A DNA stretch of 64,000 nucleotides from Nitrospinales bacterium (lineage in GTDB: Bacteria > Nitrospinota > Nitrospinia > Nitrospinales > VA-1): the NCBI GenBank assembly GCA_965262115.1, contig OZ253496.1, forward strand, positions 864,001-928,000, in the 5' to 3' direction. The translations under genes were made by a program, and so were the position numbers. This document shows positions 48,947 to 58,072 of the stretch, in pieces (position 1 is the stretch's first letter; each line of letters starts with the position of its first letter). The notes under the pieces are model-generated. The model was not told where the DNA came from. It saw only the letters and a program-made list of their open reading frames with translations, and ran no database searches.

Positions 48947-50290
48947 TTATTTTAACACCGCATCGATGCAATCTCGCGCCGTGTTCATCATGACTTCTAT
49001 CTCTTCTTCGGTGATGACCAGAGGTGGGATGAAGTACACCACATCCCCCAGGGGACGCATAAAAACTCCGCGCTTTAGTCCTTCGAGATAGATCTGATAG
49101 CCAACACGTTTTTCAAAATCTAACCGCTCCTTATTTTTTTCCGTCAGTTCCAATGCCGCAATCATCCCCGTCTGCCGAAACTCTCCTTCGATTCCATCGA
49201 AGGCCTGTTTTCCGCATTCTTTCATGGCGGCGATTTTGGGTTTCAGCGTTCCCAGAAAATGGTTTTCCGTCAGCATACTAAGTGTTTCGTTGGCCACAGC
49301 ACAGGCTAGAGGATTCGCCGAATAGCTATGACTGTGAATGAACAATTTCCGGTCACGGTGCTCGCCGTAAAAAGCTGAATAGATTTCATCGGTAGCCAGT
49401 GTGGCGGACAAGGGAAGATAACCCGAGGTGATCCCCTTGGACAGACACAAAAAAGTCGGATTCAGATCGTGTTCCCCGCACACGAAAAGCGAACCGGTGC
49501 GCCCGAAAGCCACAGCGATTTCATCAAAAATCATATGAATTCCCAACGACTCACAGAGTGATTGCAGTTTTTTTAAATAAATCGGCGGATACATCATCAT
49601 CCCCGCCGCCCCTTGAACCAAAGGCTCGATTATCACCCCGGCGATGGTATCAGGATTCTCACTCAATGCTTTTTCCATCGGCTCAAAGCATTCGGCATTA
49701 CAACTTTCGCGCTGCAACCCATAAGGACAGCGAAAACAATCCGGCCCTTCGACCGGCAAATTCTCAGCAAGAACCTTCTCAAACTTTGCCCTGAAAATTT
49801 CCAGTCCGCATACCGAAAGCGCGCCCAGGGTTTCGCCATGATATCCGCCTTTGAGATAAGCGAATCGCAGTTTTTGCGTTTGCCCTTTTTCCTGCCAGTA
49901 CTGCAGGCTCATTTTCAGGGCCACTTCCACAGCCGTGGAACCATTATCGGAAAAAAATACTTTATCAAGCCCGACCGGTGACAAGTCTACCAGGGTATCG
50001 GCCAGATCAATGGCGGGCTGATGTGTGATGTCGGCAAACATCACATGCGCCATTTTTTCCAGCTGCCGGGTTAAAGCCGTATTGAGGCGGGGGTGGTTAT
50101 GCCCGAACAGGTTGACCCACCACGAAGCGATCACATCCATATACCGGTTGCCTCCCCGGTCATAAAGATAGATGCCCTCTGCCCTCTCGACCAATATAGG
50201 AGGCGTTGTTTCGTAGTCCTTGTGCTGGGTGCAAGGGTGCCAAACACTATGAAAATCGCGGACAAGGTCGGATTTAATTTCAGGAATCAT
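48947..50290 (-). CDS. bioA: adenosylmethionine-8-amino-7-oxononanoate aminotransferase
   Basis: WHPCTQ, SWWVNLFGH, GSTAVEVALK, YHGET, DEIA and SKGITSGYLP. Confidence 0.93.
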   Translation of the reverse strand: MIPEIKSDLVRDFHSVWHPCTQHKDYETTPPILVERAEGIYLYDRGGNRYMDVIASWWVNLFGHNHPRLNTALTRQLEKMAHVMFADITHQPAIDLADTLVDLSPVGLDKVFFSDNGSTAVEVALKMSLQYWQEKGQTQKLRFAYLKGGYHGETLGALSVCGLEIFRAKFEKVLAENLPVEGPDCFRCPYGLQRESCNAECFEPMEKALSENPDTIAGVIIEPLVQGAAGMMMYPPIYLKKLQSLCESLGIHMIFDEIAVAFGRTGSLFVCGEHDLNPTFLCLSKGITSGYLPLSATLATDEIYSAFYGEHRDRKLFIHSHSYSANPLACAVANETLSMLTENHFLGTLKPKIAAMKECGKQAFDGIEGEFRQTGMIAALELTEKNKERLDFEKRVGYQIYLEGLKRGVFMRPLGDVVYFIPPLVITEEEIEVMMNTARDCIDAVLK

Positions 50291-50302
50291 GAAAAGCCCT
50301 CA

Positions 50303-51415
50303 TCACAAGTTGTAGCGGGTGGGAGAGAACTCGTGAATCTCATCATCAAGAGTATCCCTGATCACCGCAGACATATAGTCTGCCTGATTTGGAGTCAGCA
50401 AAATTCCGTTACGGTAATGGCCGGAAGAATAAAACAGGTTATCATACCTCCCGCTTTTCCCCATGATGGGCATGAGGTCCTCAGCCGCAGGGCGCAAGCC
50501 CGTCCACGATTCAATCAAGGGCGCTGTTTTAAGATCAGGCAGGATCTCTGCCGCAGAGTCAATCAGTAGGTCGATCACTTCGTCTTCTATGGACGGATCA
50601 AAGCCCCGGTCTTCCATGGTCGAGCCGATGACGAATCCGTTGCCTTCCCGCCAGGGCGCAATATAAGTCATCCGGCCATGCAGGGTATAATCCATAAAAT
50701 AGTCGTCCAACTGCACCCGGCACATTTGTCCTTTGACCGGTTTCAAGGGGATCGAAACCTCCAGCACGTGGGCCAACTGCGTAGACCAACTCCCCGACGC
50801 CAGAACGAACTTCTGCCCAATAATATTTCCTGAATCCGTCACCGCCGATGAAATGGTCGAAGTCTTGCGGATAAAGCCCGAAACATTTGCTTCCAGAACA
50901 TGAATTCCCAGTTTTCTGGAAGCCTGCATGAGCGAGTCGTGCATTTGCCGGTTATTGACCTGCCCTTCCCCAACCCACATCACCTCGCCACAGTCTTCCG
51001 ACAAAAAAGGTGCTTTCTGGCGAACCTTTTCCCCATTCCATATTTCATGCGGGATATTTTCACGGGTGAAAAACGCCTTTCGCTCTTCCCAGGTTTCACG
51101 GTAACTGGACGAGGGCATCAAAGAACCTGCAGACGAAAAATGGACAGAAACTCCACTGACCGAAACCAGTTCTGCAAGGAATTTGGGGAACTTATCCAGC
51201 GAATCCCGGCAAAACATGAAAAACCGGTCGGCCCTGTCGCATTCGCAAAAAGGGGCCAACATCCCCGCCGCGGCCCGGGACGCCTGAAGAGAGTTGACCG
51301 GATCGCCCAAAACCGCGATTTTCAGGTGCGGCGCATCCTGTTTAAGGCGAAAGGCAATGCTATGGCCAATGACTCCCGAGCCAATGACCACAATATCAAA
51401 ATTCCCATTGTCCAT
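50303..51415 (-). CDS. thiO: glycine oxidase (FAD-dependent)
   Basis: IGSGVIG, ASRAAAGML, PVKGQ, GLRP and GHYRNGILL. Confidence 0.88.
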   Translation of the reverse strand: MDNGNFDIVVIGSGVIGHSIAFRLKQDAPHLKIAVLGDPVNSLQASRAAAGMLAPFCECDRADRFFMFCRDSLDKFPKFLAELVSVSGVSVHFSSAGSLMPSSSYRETWEERKAFFTRENIPHEIWNGEKVRQKAPFLSEDCGEVMWVGEGQVNNRQMHDSLMQASRKLGIHVLEANVSGFIRKTSTISSAVTDSGNIIGQKFVLASGSWSTQLAHVLEVSIPLKPVKGQMCRVQLDDYFMDYTLHGRMTYIAPWREGNGFVIGSTMEDRGFDPSIEDEVIDLLIDSAAEILPDLKTAPLIESWTGLRPAAEDLMPIMGKSGRYDNLFYSSGHYRNGILLTPNQADYMSAVIRDTLDDEIHEFSPTRYNL

Positions 51416-51577
51416 ATATCCAGTCCTTTCACCCCTGGTCAGGCATAAATCAACCCTGCCTTATAGCATCAAGCCCCTTGCCACCTCAAACCCGATTATG
51501 ATAGTTTAGAAAACAAATTAGCAATAAATTATTTATCTTAAATTCAAACCCGTACGGGTTTTTTCCTGAAAGCTATT

Positions 51578-52222
51578 ATGAACGAAAAAACAGAAGCAAG
51601 TCAGGCCAGTCCCGATACCGAGAGTACCGGACAACGCATTGATCCCATTCTCGAACACTTGGAGGTAGAAGGCATAGAAGTCGACAAAGCGCTCATTCGC
51701 AAAAAATTTATAGATATCTGGATATACGAAAACGGCGACACACTGGATGAGGAAGAACAATACCTCACCACCGTTGCGGCTTTCATCTACAATGCTCATA
51801 ATGTGCTGGATGATGCCAATATAAGAATAGATAAAGCCAGGGTGGCAATCATCGCCGCACTTGCGGCATGGAAACAACCTGAGCGCGACAAGCTGATCGA
51901 GAAAGAAAAAGCTTCCGAAAATCCATTTAAAGTTTTTGTCGAAAACCATCAGCCCCAAGTGGATGAAACCCATGTCTGGAAGCATTTTTTACTGGAACAT
52001 AAAAAAGTTGAAGAAAAAAACTGGGTCTATAAAATGAAAAAGTGCTGGTTTGCCAGTTTTTTCATTCGCTTTGGTCGCACCGACTATATTGAGACAGCCT
52101 GCTGTTTCGACAAGATTCCCGCTGACGCCCGGCAGGATTATGTCGATTTAAAACTAAGCAACCTGTTCGCTCAGTTGGGTTCCATTTGCCAATTCGATTA
52201 CAAACCTAAAAAAGACAAATAG
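51578..52222 (+). CDS. ATC-hydrolase/V4R-like family protein
   Basis: C-terminal CWFA..F...G....CCFD....LF.Q.G..C.F.Y pattern. Confidence 0.55.
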   Translation: MNEKTEASQASPDTESTGQRIDPILEHLEVEGIEVDKALIRKKFIDIWIYENGDTLDEEEQYLTTVAAFIYNAHNVLDDANIRIDKARVAIIAALAAWKQPERDKLIEKEKASENPFKVFVENHQPQVDETHVWKHFLLEHKKVEEKNWVYKMKKCWFASFFIRFGRTDYIETACCFDKIPADARQDYVDLKLSNLFAQLGSICQFDYKPKKDK

Positions 52223-52380
52223 CGGAGAACCTCCGCAGGCATGGTATTATTCCTTGGCTGTGATGTCCTCTTCCTTAAACTTCATGCCCGGAACGGGTAT
52301 TTCATGCTCTGCATGGGGTACAACCTGCAAAGTCTTTATTTTGTCAGCAAAGAGTTGTCTCGTCTCAACAAGCCATTGCT
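52221..52380 (+). repeat. mosaic repeat cluster (modules D, B, C)
   Basis: GCGGAGAACCTCCGC; GGCTGTGATGTCC..CTTCATGCCCGGAACGGGTA; GCAAAGAGTTGTCTCG. Confidence 0.7.
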
Positions 52381-52394
52381 AGCCCCCTACGGGA

Positions 52395-52510
52395 GTGGCC
52401 CCCATTAAAACTCTCGCCTACTACATCAGCGGTCATGGGTACGGGCATTACGCTCGCCCCATACCGGTTCTAAAACAACTTATTGCCGATTATAACGTGC
52501 ATATAAAAAG
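52395..52510 (+). pseudogene. N-terminal remnant of a GT-B glycosyltransferase-like gene
   Basis: LAYYISGHGYGHYAR..PVL..L motif, after which similarity is lost. Confidence 0.55.
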
Positions 52511-52705
52511 GGTGGAGGAGAGGCTGCCGAGGCAATCATCGGCTGCCCCCTTTAATCAGCCAACCCTCCCTGTGAAGGGAGGGAAGTTTTTTTCAGGCAT
52601 CCATTCCTTTCCGGCAAGCAGACTGCAGTTGGAAACCGCTTGCCGGTAATACTCATAATTGGCGTTCTTGTCGGAATAAATGACCGCGCCCTTAAAGGAG
52701 GGAGT

Positions 52706-53290
52706 TCAGGGTTTCCCGGAAAGGTACAACACTTTATAAGCCGCAGCGGCCCTCGAAACCCCCTTCACCATCGCCCGAACCGAAAGAGTCGCGCCGGTGA
52801 TGGAATTGATGTCACGATAATCGGTATCTGCTGTCTTTCCGGTGAACTGGTCCATGAAGGAAGGATAGCGCACCTCCCAGCCGCGCGGTTCGCGGTAGAC
52901 CATGATCTCAACATCACGGACCGTGCCATCGACATTCAGAACCACCATAAACGTGATGGGAAACGATTTGCCGATCTCGTGATCAATGAGGGCGTAACCA
53001 ATAGGAACCCCGTCGCGCTTGCCGACATAAAAAGTTATGCGGTTGGTTTTGATGTTTTGCAGGCAAAGTTCACCAATGGCCTTTTTCTGTTCATCGGTCA
53101 GCCATTTTTTTTCGCGGTCGACTTTGTCCGCACCCGGGAAGGCAATTTCAAAAGCCTGCTTTTTCGTGAGGTAGACCTGAATGTCCAGAACCTTTTCTTC
53201 CTCTTCCGAAAAAGAGGAAGGAATAAAAAATCCCTGAACAGAGCCAATGACCCAAAAAACCAGCAAATACTTTAAATATCTGGAAGTCAT
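52706..53290 (-). CDS. exported FMN-binding (flavinylation) domain protein
   Basis: Signal peptide, YREPRGWEV and INSITGATLS (the [S/T]GAT flavinylation motif). Confidence 0.85.
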   Translation of the reverse strand: MTSRYLKYLLVFWVIGSVQGFFIPSSFSEEEEKVLDIQVYLTKKQAFEIAFPGADKVDREKKWLTDEQKKAIGELCLQNIKTNRITFYVGKRDGVPIGYALIDHEIGKSFPITFMVVLNVDGTVRDVEIMVYREPRGWEVRYPSFMDQFTGKTADTDYRDINSITGATLSVRAMVKGVSRAAAAYKVLYLSGKP

Positions 53291-53616
53291 AATAGAAAAA
53301 TTATTTTTGATGTCATTCTGAGGAACGCGAGTGACGAAGAATCTCATCCATTTTGCGATACCTCATTACATAAGTAACCACATCGAAAAAAACCAGATCC
53401 TTCTTCGCCAAAGGCTCATTAGGATAACATGCGGCCCCGACCCGTTTCCCAGCTTTTTACCGCAAAGCCCAAGGGAGGCAAAAATTTTTATGGCTCCATT
53501 TTCGCAGTATGCGCGAAAATACCCGAAAAAAATCCCGGCACCCTGAGAGAAAACTTGGAGGAGCCATCTTCTCAAGATGCCGGGAGTGGAAGTCCTAACG
53601 GACAATTCATCAACTT

Positions 53617-54867
53617 TTAATACATATAGGCAATGCCCAGATTCAATTTATCGTCGGATTGATTATTTCCCAACCTGGTGTGCGTGTGGTCGATCTTTAT
53701 AGCAACCGACGGGGTCGGCAGGTAGGATACCCCAAAGGTATAAACGGCATTTCTGTTTTTGGATTCATCGGCGCGGGTTCCGTCAGGCATCTCATCCTGG
53801 GTCCTCACCCTTTCAAACATGAAATGAGGCACGATGTCATGCGAGGTCTTCCACCCCATTAACTGAGGAAGATGCACCCCCGCCTGAATATTATAACCAA
53901 AATTGTTGGAGGCAATCCCGACGTCACAGTCGCCATCACCAGCACAATAATCATTCATGGCTTGCGCGTCATTAACATCAATATTAACGATGGAAGCGTT
54001 CATGTCGAACCATTTCCAGCGATATTTGATATCCGCTTCCAGAAGGGTAATGTTGCCGTCCTCTTCGATAAGGCCATGCGTAGTATCGCCGTTGACCAGG
54101 GAGAACCCAACCTGCAGACCGGGGAAAAGCTTGGTGAACTCCACCCTGGCGAAGATGCTAAAATCTTTGGCAATGGCTTTATTGACCTGATGCCGCCCAC
54201 CCCGAATACCATTACTACTGAAAGAACTTGCGGAGCCACCGTTTCCATTCCCGCTACCAGCTTTGCCACCATCATCGGTAATGGATTGCAGGGAGTTCAT
54301 GGCATAAAGACGGTAGTTCACCCCGTCCATGGGGGTGCCGAAAATTCCCACGCCGCCGCCGTTCCAGGTTGTCGGAATCAAACGATTTTGCAACAGGGGC
54401 CGTTCAACGGTCCAGAACAGGTTCGGCTCATGAAATTCGTTGAGAAACCCGACAGGAGCCAGCATAACCCCCGCACGGACATTGAAGCCGGGGCTCAACA
54501 GAAAATCCAGGTGACCAAATTCAAACTCAAGTTCCTGCGCTGCGTGTTCGAAGTCGATTTCGGCATTGAGATGAATCCAGTCGGTCAACAACGCATGCAC
54601 CCCGATGACGAAGCGGTGGTTGTCAATTTCAGAACCCCCGTCTTTTTGAGTGTCATTGTTGAAATGCATTTCTCCATAGCCGTGGACGCTGACCCGGTTG
54701 TGATCGGTGGTGCCTGTGCCAAACCCCCGGCTCTTCAAATCTTCCACTTCATCGGAAAGCAGATCGATCTTTCTTTCCAGTTCATCTGTGCTGGCGGAAA
54801 AAGCCGGACCTGCCGCGAAAAAAAGTGCCAGAACCGTCAATGCCAGTAAACCCAGTTTGTGTTTCAT
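53617..54867 (-). CDS. outer-membrane porin (OprO/P-like, iron-regulated type)
   Basis: Signal peptide plus coiled coil, GYGEMH, EIDFEH, NEFHEP, IPTTW and a C-terminal aromatic beta-signal. Confidence 0.82.
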   Translation of the reverse strand: MKHKLGLLALTVLALFFAAGPAFSASTDELERKIDLLSDEVEDLKSRGFGTGTTDHNRVSVHGYGEMHFNNDTQKDGGSEIDNHRFVIGVHALLTDWIHLNAEIDFEHAAQELEFEFGHLDFLLSPGFNVRAGVMLAPVGFLNEFHEPNLFWTVERPLLQNRLIPTTWNGGGVGIFGTPMDGVNYRLYAMNSLQSITDDGGKAGSGNGNGGSASSFSSNGIRGGRHQVNKAIAKDFSIFARVEFTKLFPGLQVGFSLVNGDTTHGLIEEDGNITLLEADIKYRWKWFDMNASIVNIDVNDAQAMNDYCAGDGDCDVGIASNNFGYNIQAGVHLPQLMGWKTSHDIVPHFMFERVRTQDEMPDGTRADESKNRNAVYTFGVSYLPTPSVAIKIDHTHTRLGNNQSDDKLNLGIAYMY

Positions 54868-54954
54868 GCTCACTCTCCTCTCCTTTGAAAAATTCCGGGC
54901 CGTTAGCGACACCGGAAAGTAATACGCCTAAGCAAAAGTCATTAATTTATTATT

Positions 54955-54969
54955 TGATAATGGTTATCA
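54955..54969. promoter_or_regulatory. Fur box
   Basis: TGATAAT-G-GTTATCA (7-1-7) upstream of the porin. Confidence 0.85.
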
Positions 54970-55141
54970 TTTTTATTAATTTTATATTTATATTTTATAT
55001 TTATAATAAAAACCTGTCTTTATGTCAAGTTTAAATCCATAAAAATCAATGATTTTCTACGTGATAGCCCTCTATACCATTAAAAATCAATGATTTAAAT
55101 GCGGCCTTTTTTCTCAATACTTTACAGAGCCAGGCTAAATT

Positions 55142-55156
55142 TGAGAATAATTATCA
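55142..55156. promoter_or_regulatory. Fur box
   Basis: TGAGAAT-A-ATTATCA. Confidence 0.7.
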
Positions 55157-55166
55157 ATTTTATCGC

Positions 55167-55721
55167 TCACCTCGTCTGCATTAACATAGCGAACTCCTTT
55201 ACCCCGCTTTTCGGGATTTTTATCTTGAGAGGATGAAAACCAAGTAGGCAGGCGAGACGGGGCGCAACCCCAGCCACACCTGCCCAGGTTCCGGCTCGGG
55301 CTTTCCCGGAACAAAAATAAACTCCCTGGCAACTTAACGAAGCCGGGTCTTCTTCATTCACCAGATGTGAAACAAAAAAGTCGCAGGCCACAACCGCGAG
55401 ATCAATGGGTTTAACCGGTTTTTCCATGCATTCATAGGTGGAGTTCTGGCAAATTATTCTCGCCTCACGGCCTCTACGCGACAGGAAAATTGTTTTGGCC
55501 CGAATTTTTGAGGATAGATGTTGCAAGAAAATAAACCCGGCCCCTGAGGAAAGATATTCATCGACAATTATCAGGTCGTATATATCCGTGCTCAATTCCA
55601 TTCCTTCACTTCCATCCGCAAACGAAACACAATGCCCAAATCTGGCCAACATGATAGCCAGCTTCCCTCGTTCGGTCTTGTCAGCATGTACCATCAAAAT
55701 TTTTCCAGGAGAAACAATCAT
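55167..55721 (-). CDS. degenerate receiver-domain protein
   Basis: YDLIIVDE..G..F..IFLS..EKP; the acidic pocket is altered (VHAD). Confidence 0.55.
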   Translation of the reverse strand: MIVSPGKILMVHADKTERGKLAIMLARFGHCVSFADGSEGMELSTDIYDLIIVDEYLSSGAGFIFLQHLSSKIRAKTIFLSRRGREARIICQNSTYECMEKPVKPIDLAVVACDFFVSHLVNEEDPASLSCQGVYFCSGKARAGTWAGVAGVAPRLACLLGFHPLKIKIPKSGVKEFAMLMQTR

Positions 55722-56014
55722 GCATTCACCTCACTTCCTGTAAAACCTTCCAGGCAACGCTCTAATGCTGAAACGCTGCTGGAATGACTGCGCTCCAGGG
55801 GAATGCCCCGCATCCTCGCCACCCGGGTTGCCTCTTGCACCATAGTGTGAGCAACCGTACCGGTGAAAATGACAATTCCACTAACGCCCGTCATCCTGTT
55901 AGCCAGATTAGGGATTTGCCGACTGAACACTTTGCCCTGATACCCCATGTCCTTGCATTTCTTCTCGTAGGACCTTCTTAACCGATCCAGTCCGCCTACA
56001 ATCGCCACACTCAT
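55718..56014 (-). CDS. DUF2325 family protein
   Basis: MSVAIVGG..Y..IVIFTGTVAH..SSS.SAL. Confidence 0.8.
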   Translation of the reverse strand: MSVAIVGGLDRLRRSYEKKCKDMGYQGKVFSRQIPNLANRMTGVSGIVIFTGTVAHTMVQEATRVARMRGIPLERSHSSSVSALERCLEGFTGSEVNA

Positions 56015-56065
56015 AAAACCCGCTCCTTTCGTTAAGAGCCCAATAAGAAAGAATAATCTTATTTT

Positions 56066-56080
56066 TGATAACCATTCTCA
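56066..56080. promoter_or_regulatory. Fur box
   Basis: TGATAAC-C-ATTCTCA upstream of DUF2325. Confidence 0.75.
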
Positions 56081-56127
56081 AAATATAAAAAATTAAATTT
56101 TTTTAGCTATGCCAGATGAGCAACAAC

Positions 56128-56373
56128 CTAAGCTTTACGAATACCCAAAGCATTCAGGACATCTCCCGCTTCCTTCAATTTCAAAATTTTTCTTGTCGAA
56201 TTTACACGAACAGAAGTTCCGCCACCACAGTCATTCATACAGGGAACACTACAAACCCTGACTTCGTACAGATTCAGAGCTTCCAGAATTTCCAGCAGTT
56301 CGCGGACGGTCCGGTCAGACGACCAAGCCTTGCACCCCGTCCCCTCACAAATCTCCACATTCTGTTCTCGCAT
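56128..56373 (-). CDS. thioredoxin-like [2Fe-2S] ferredoxin
   Basis: C-x4-C ... C-x3-C-GGG spacing (ICEGTGC, PCMNDCGGG). Confidence 0.75.
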   Translation of the reverse strand: MREQNVEICEGTGCKAWSSDRTVRELLEILEALNLYEVRVCSVPCMNDCGGGTSVRVNSTRKILKLKEAGDVLNALGIRKA

Positions 56374-56391
56374 TAGCCTGCCCTTAAATAT

Positions 56392-56406
56392 TGATAATGG
56401 TTATCA
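56392..56406. promoter_or_regulatory. Fur box
   Basis: TGATAAT-G-GTTATCA, identical to the porin box. Confidence 0.85.
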
Positions 56407-56556
56407 ATATAATGCATGCGCCCCACTCTGTCAAGACTTATTGAATATTTTTCCAAAAGTTTTAAATTGTTTATTTATAAAGATTTACATAAAATTTGCA
56501 TAATGAGGTTGAATATTCTTTGCTTTTATTATAGGTTTTTCATAATTTTATAATTT

Positions 56557-56571
56557 TGATAACCTTTATCA
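56557..56571. promoter_or_regulatory. Fur box abutting the fur start (autoregulation)
   Basis: TGATAAC-C-TTTATCA ends 3 nt before the ATG. Confidence 0.7.
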
Positions 56572-56574
56572 ATA

Positions 56575-57024
56575 ATGAAAATGTTGAACGAATTTGACAT
56601 CTTCAAAGATTTCCTGCATCAGCGGGAGCTTCGTTGGACTCCACAAAGAAAAATGATCCTGGATATTTTTTTATCCTTTGATGGACATATTCAAATCGAG
56701 CCACTGCTTGAAAAAATTCAAGCACAGGATCCCTCTCTCGGGATCGCGACCTTATACCGCACCTTAAAGCTATTGATCGACTGCGGACTGGTGGAAGCGC
56801 ATTCCTTTCAGAACGGAAAGAAGACTTACGAACGCATGTTTCATGTCCACCATCATGACCATTTAATCTGCACACGCTGCGAAGAAACCATCGAATTCGA
56901 GCACCCTCTTATCGAGAAGTATCAAATCGAAATTTGCGAAGCCTATGGCTTTACTTTGAAGAGCCACAAAATGGAATTGTTCGGTGTTTGCAGGAATTGC
57001 AAAAAAATTAAAAACTCCGCCTGA
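56575..57024 (+). CDS. fur: ferric uptake regulator
   Basis: TPQR, ATLYRTL, HHHDHLIC..C and GVCRNC. Confidence 0.92.
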   Translation: MKMLNEFDIFKDFLHQRELRWTPQRKMILDIFLSFDGHIQIEPLLEKIQAQDPSLGIATLYRTLKLLIDCGLVEAHSFQNGKKTYERMFHVHHHDHLICTRCEETIEFEHPLIEKYQIEICEAYGFTLKSHKMELFGVCRNCKKIKNSA

Positions 57025-57119
57025 TATCTCCAACAAAAAAAACCCTGCTCTAATTTACTTACAGATCAGAACAGGGTTCGCTTGCTTTACAACAATCAGT
57101 TATCTTTTAATTATCATAC

Positions 57120-57587
57120 TTAACTCATATTCTCAGACAAATAATTCTGGATACCAATATCCTTAATACGATTGAACTGGGTTTCCAGCCAGTCCACACT
57201 TTCTTCCGTATCTTCGAGAATACCATCCAGTATTTCTTTGGTGCCGTAATCGTTTTTATCCAGACATGTTTTGATATGCCCGCGAAGACGCGTCACATGG
57301 GCGAGTTCGATTGTATATTGGTTCTTTAATTGATCTTCAACCTTATCCCCCACAAGAACCGTATCGTATTTCTGCATATCCGGAACTCCATCGAGAAAAA
57401 GGATTCGCTCAATCATTTTATCCGCGTGTTTCATTTCTCCCATGGATTCTTCCCGGGCGTGGGACGCCAATTTGTCGTAACCCCAATTTTCCTGCATTTT
57501 GTAATGCACATAATAAATATTGATCGCTGTCAGTTCCGCCATTAACACATCGTTCAGACCATCGATTACCGCTCTATCACCGTCCAT
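57120..57587 (-). CDS. bfr: bacterioferritin
   Basis: ELTAIN.Y, ESMGEMKHAD.MIERILFLDG and EDTEE. Confidence 0.92.
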   Translation of the reverse strand: MDGDRAVIDGLNDVLMAELTAINIYYVHYKMQENWGYDKLASHAREESMGEMKHADKMIERILFLDGVPDMQKYDTVLVGDKVEDQLKNQYTIELAHVTRLRGHIKTCLDKNDYGTKEILDGILEDTEESVDWLETQFNRIKDIGIQNYLSENMS

Positions 57588-57704
57588 GAATACCTCCAGA
57601 ATATTTAAGTTTGTCAGCAAAACGCTCTTCTTGCACCTAAAATACACTCCCCCTAAAAAAAGTCAACCCTTTTGTTTATAATAAGTTATGGATAGTTTTA
57701 AGAA

Positions 57705-57719
57705 TGAGAATTCATATCA
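57705..57719. promoter_or_regulatory. degenerate Fur-like box upstream of bfr
   Basis: TGAGAAT-T-CATATCA. Confidence 0.5.
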
Positions 57720-57829
57720 ATAATTTAAAATTCATCAAGTTACACAATATTGCATCCCCATTATGGGCGCGTTAAACAAGGGAAAATGCGCATTAAATTT
57801 TTGCAGAAATTTTTAATTGATAAGGTCTA

Positions 57830-58054
57830 TCAACTATCAAAATTGAGGCTCTCCGTATGAAGCATCATCAAATTGGAAAGATCGGGAGATTGCCTTCCCG
57901 GATCCCAGGCTTTTTCCAAATGATGCGTCGCAGCAGAAAGGCGATTTTCTTTTTTCCAGTAAAGCATTCCCAACTGGTAATGAATATCCGCCTTGCTGCT
58001 ATCGGGAAACAACAAACGCTGATATAACATAATCACATGTCGAAACGCTGCCAA
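57830..58054 (-). CDS. short TPR-like ORF or fragment
   Basis: YQRLL..P..ADIHYQLGMLY..A..HLEKA. Confidence 0.45.
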   Translation of the reverse strand: MAAFRHVIMLYQRLLFPDSSKADIHYQLGMLYWKKENRLSAATHHLEKAWDPGRQSPDLSNLMMLHTESLNFDS

Positions 58055-58072
58055 TTTAAGGAAGAAAGCAAG

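Noticed and set aside
53366..53605. 79-aa ORF between the porin and the FMN-binding gene
   Set aside because: No recognisable motif or convincing RBS; left uncalled
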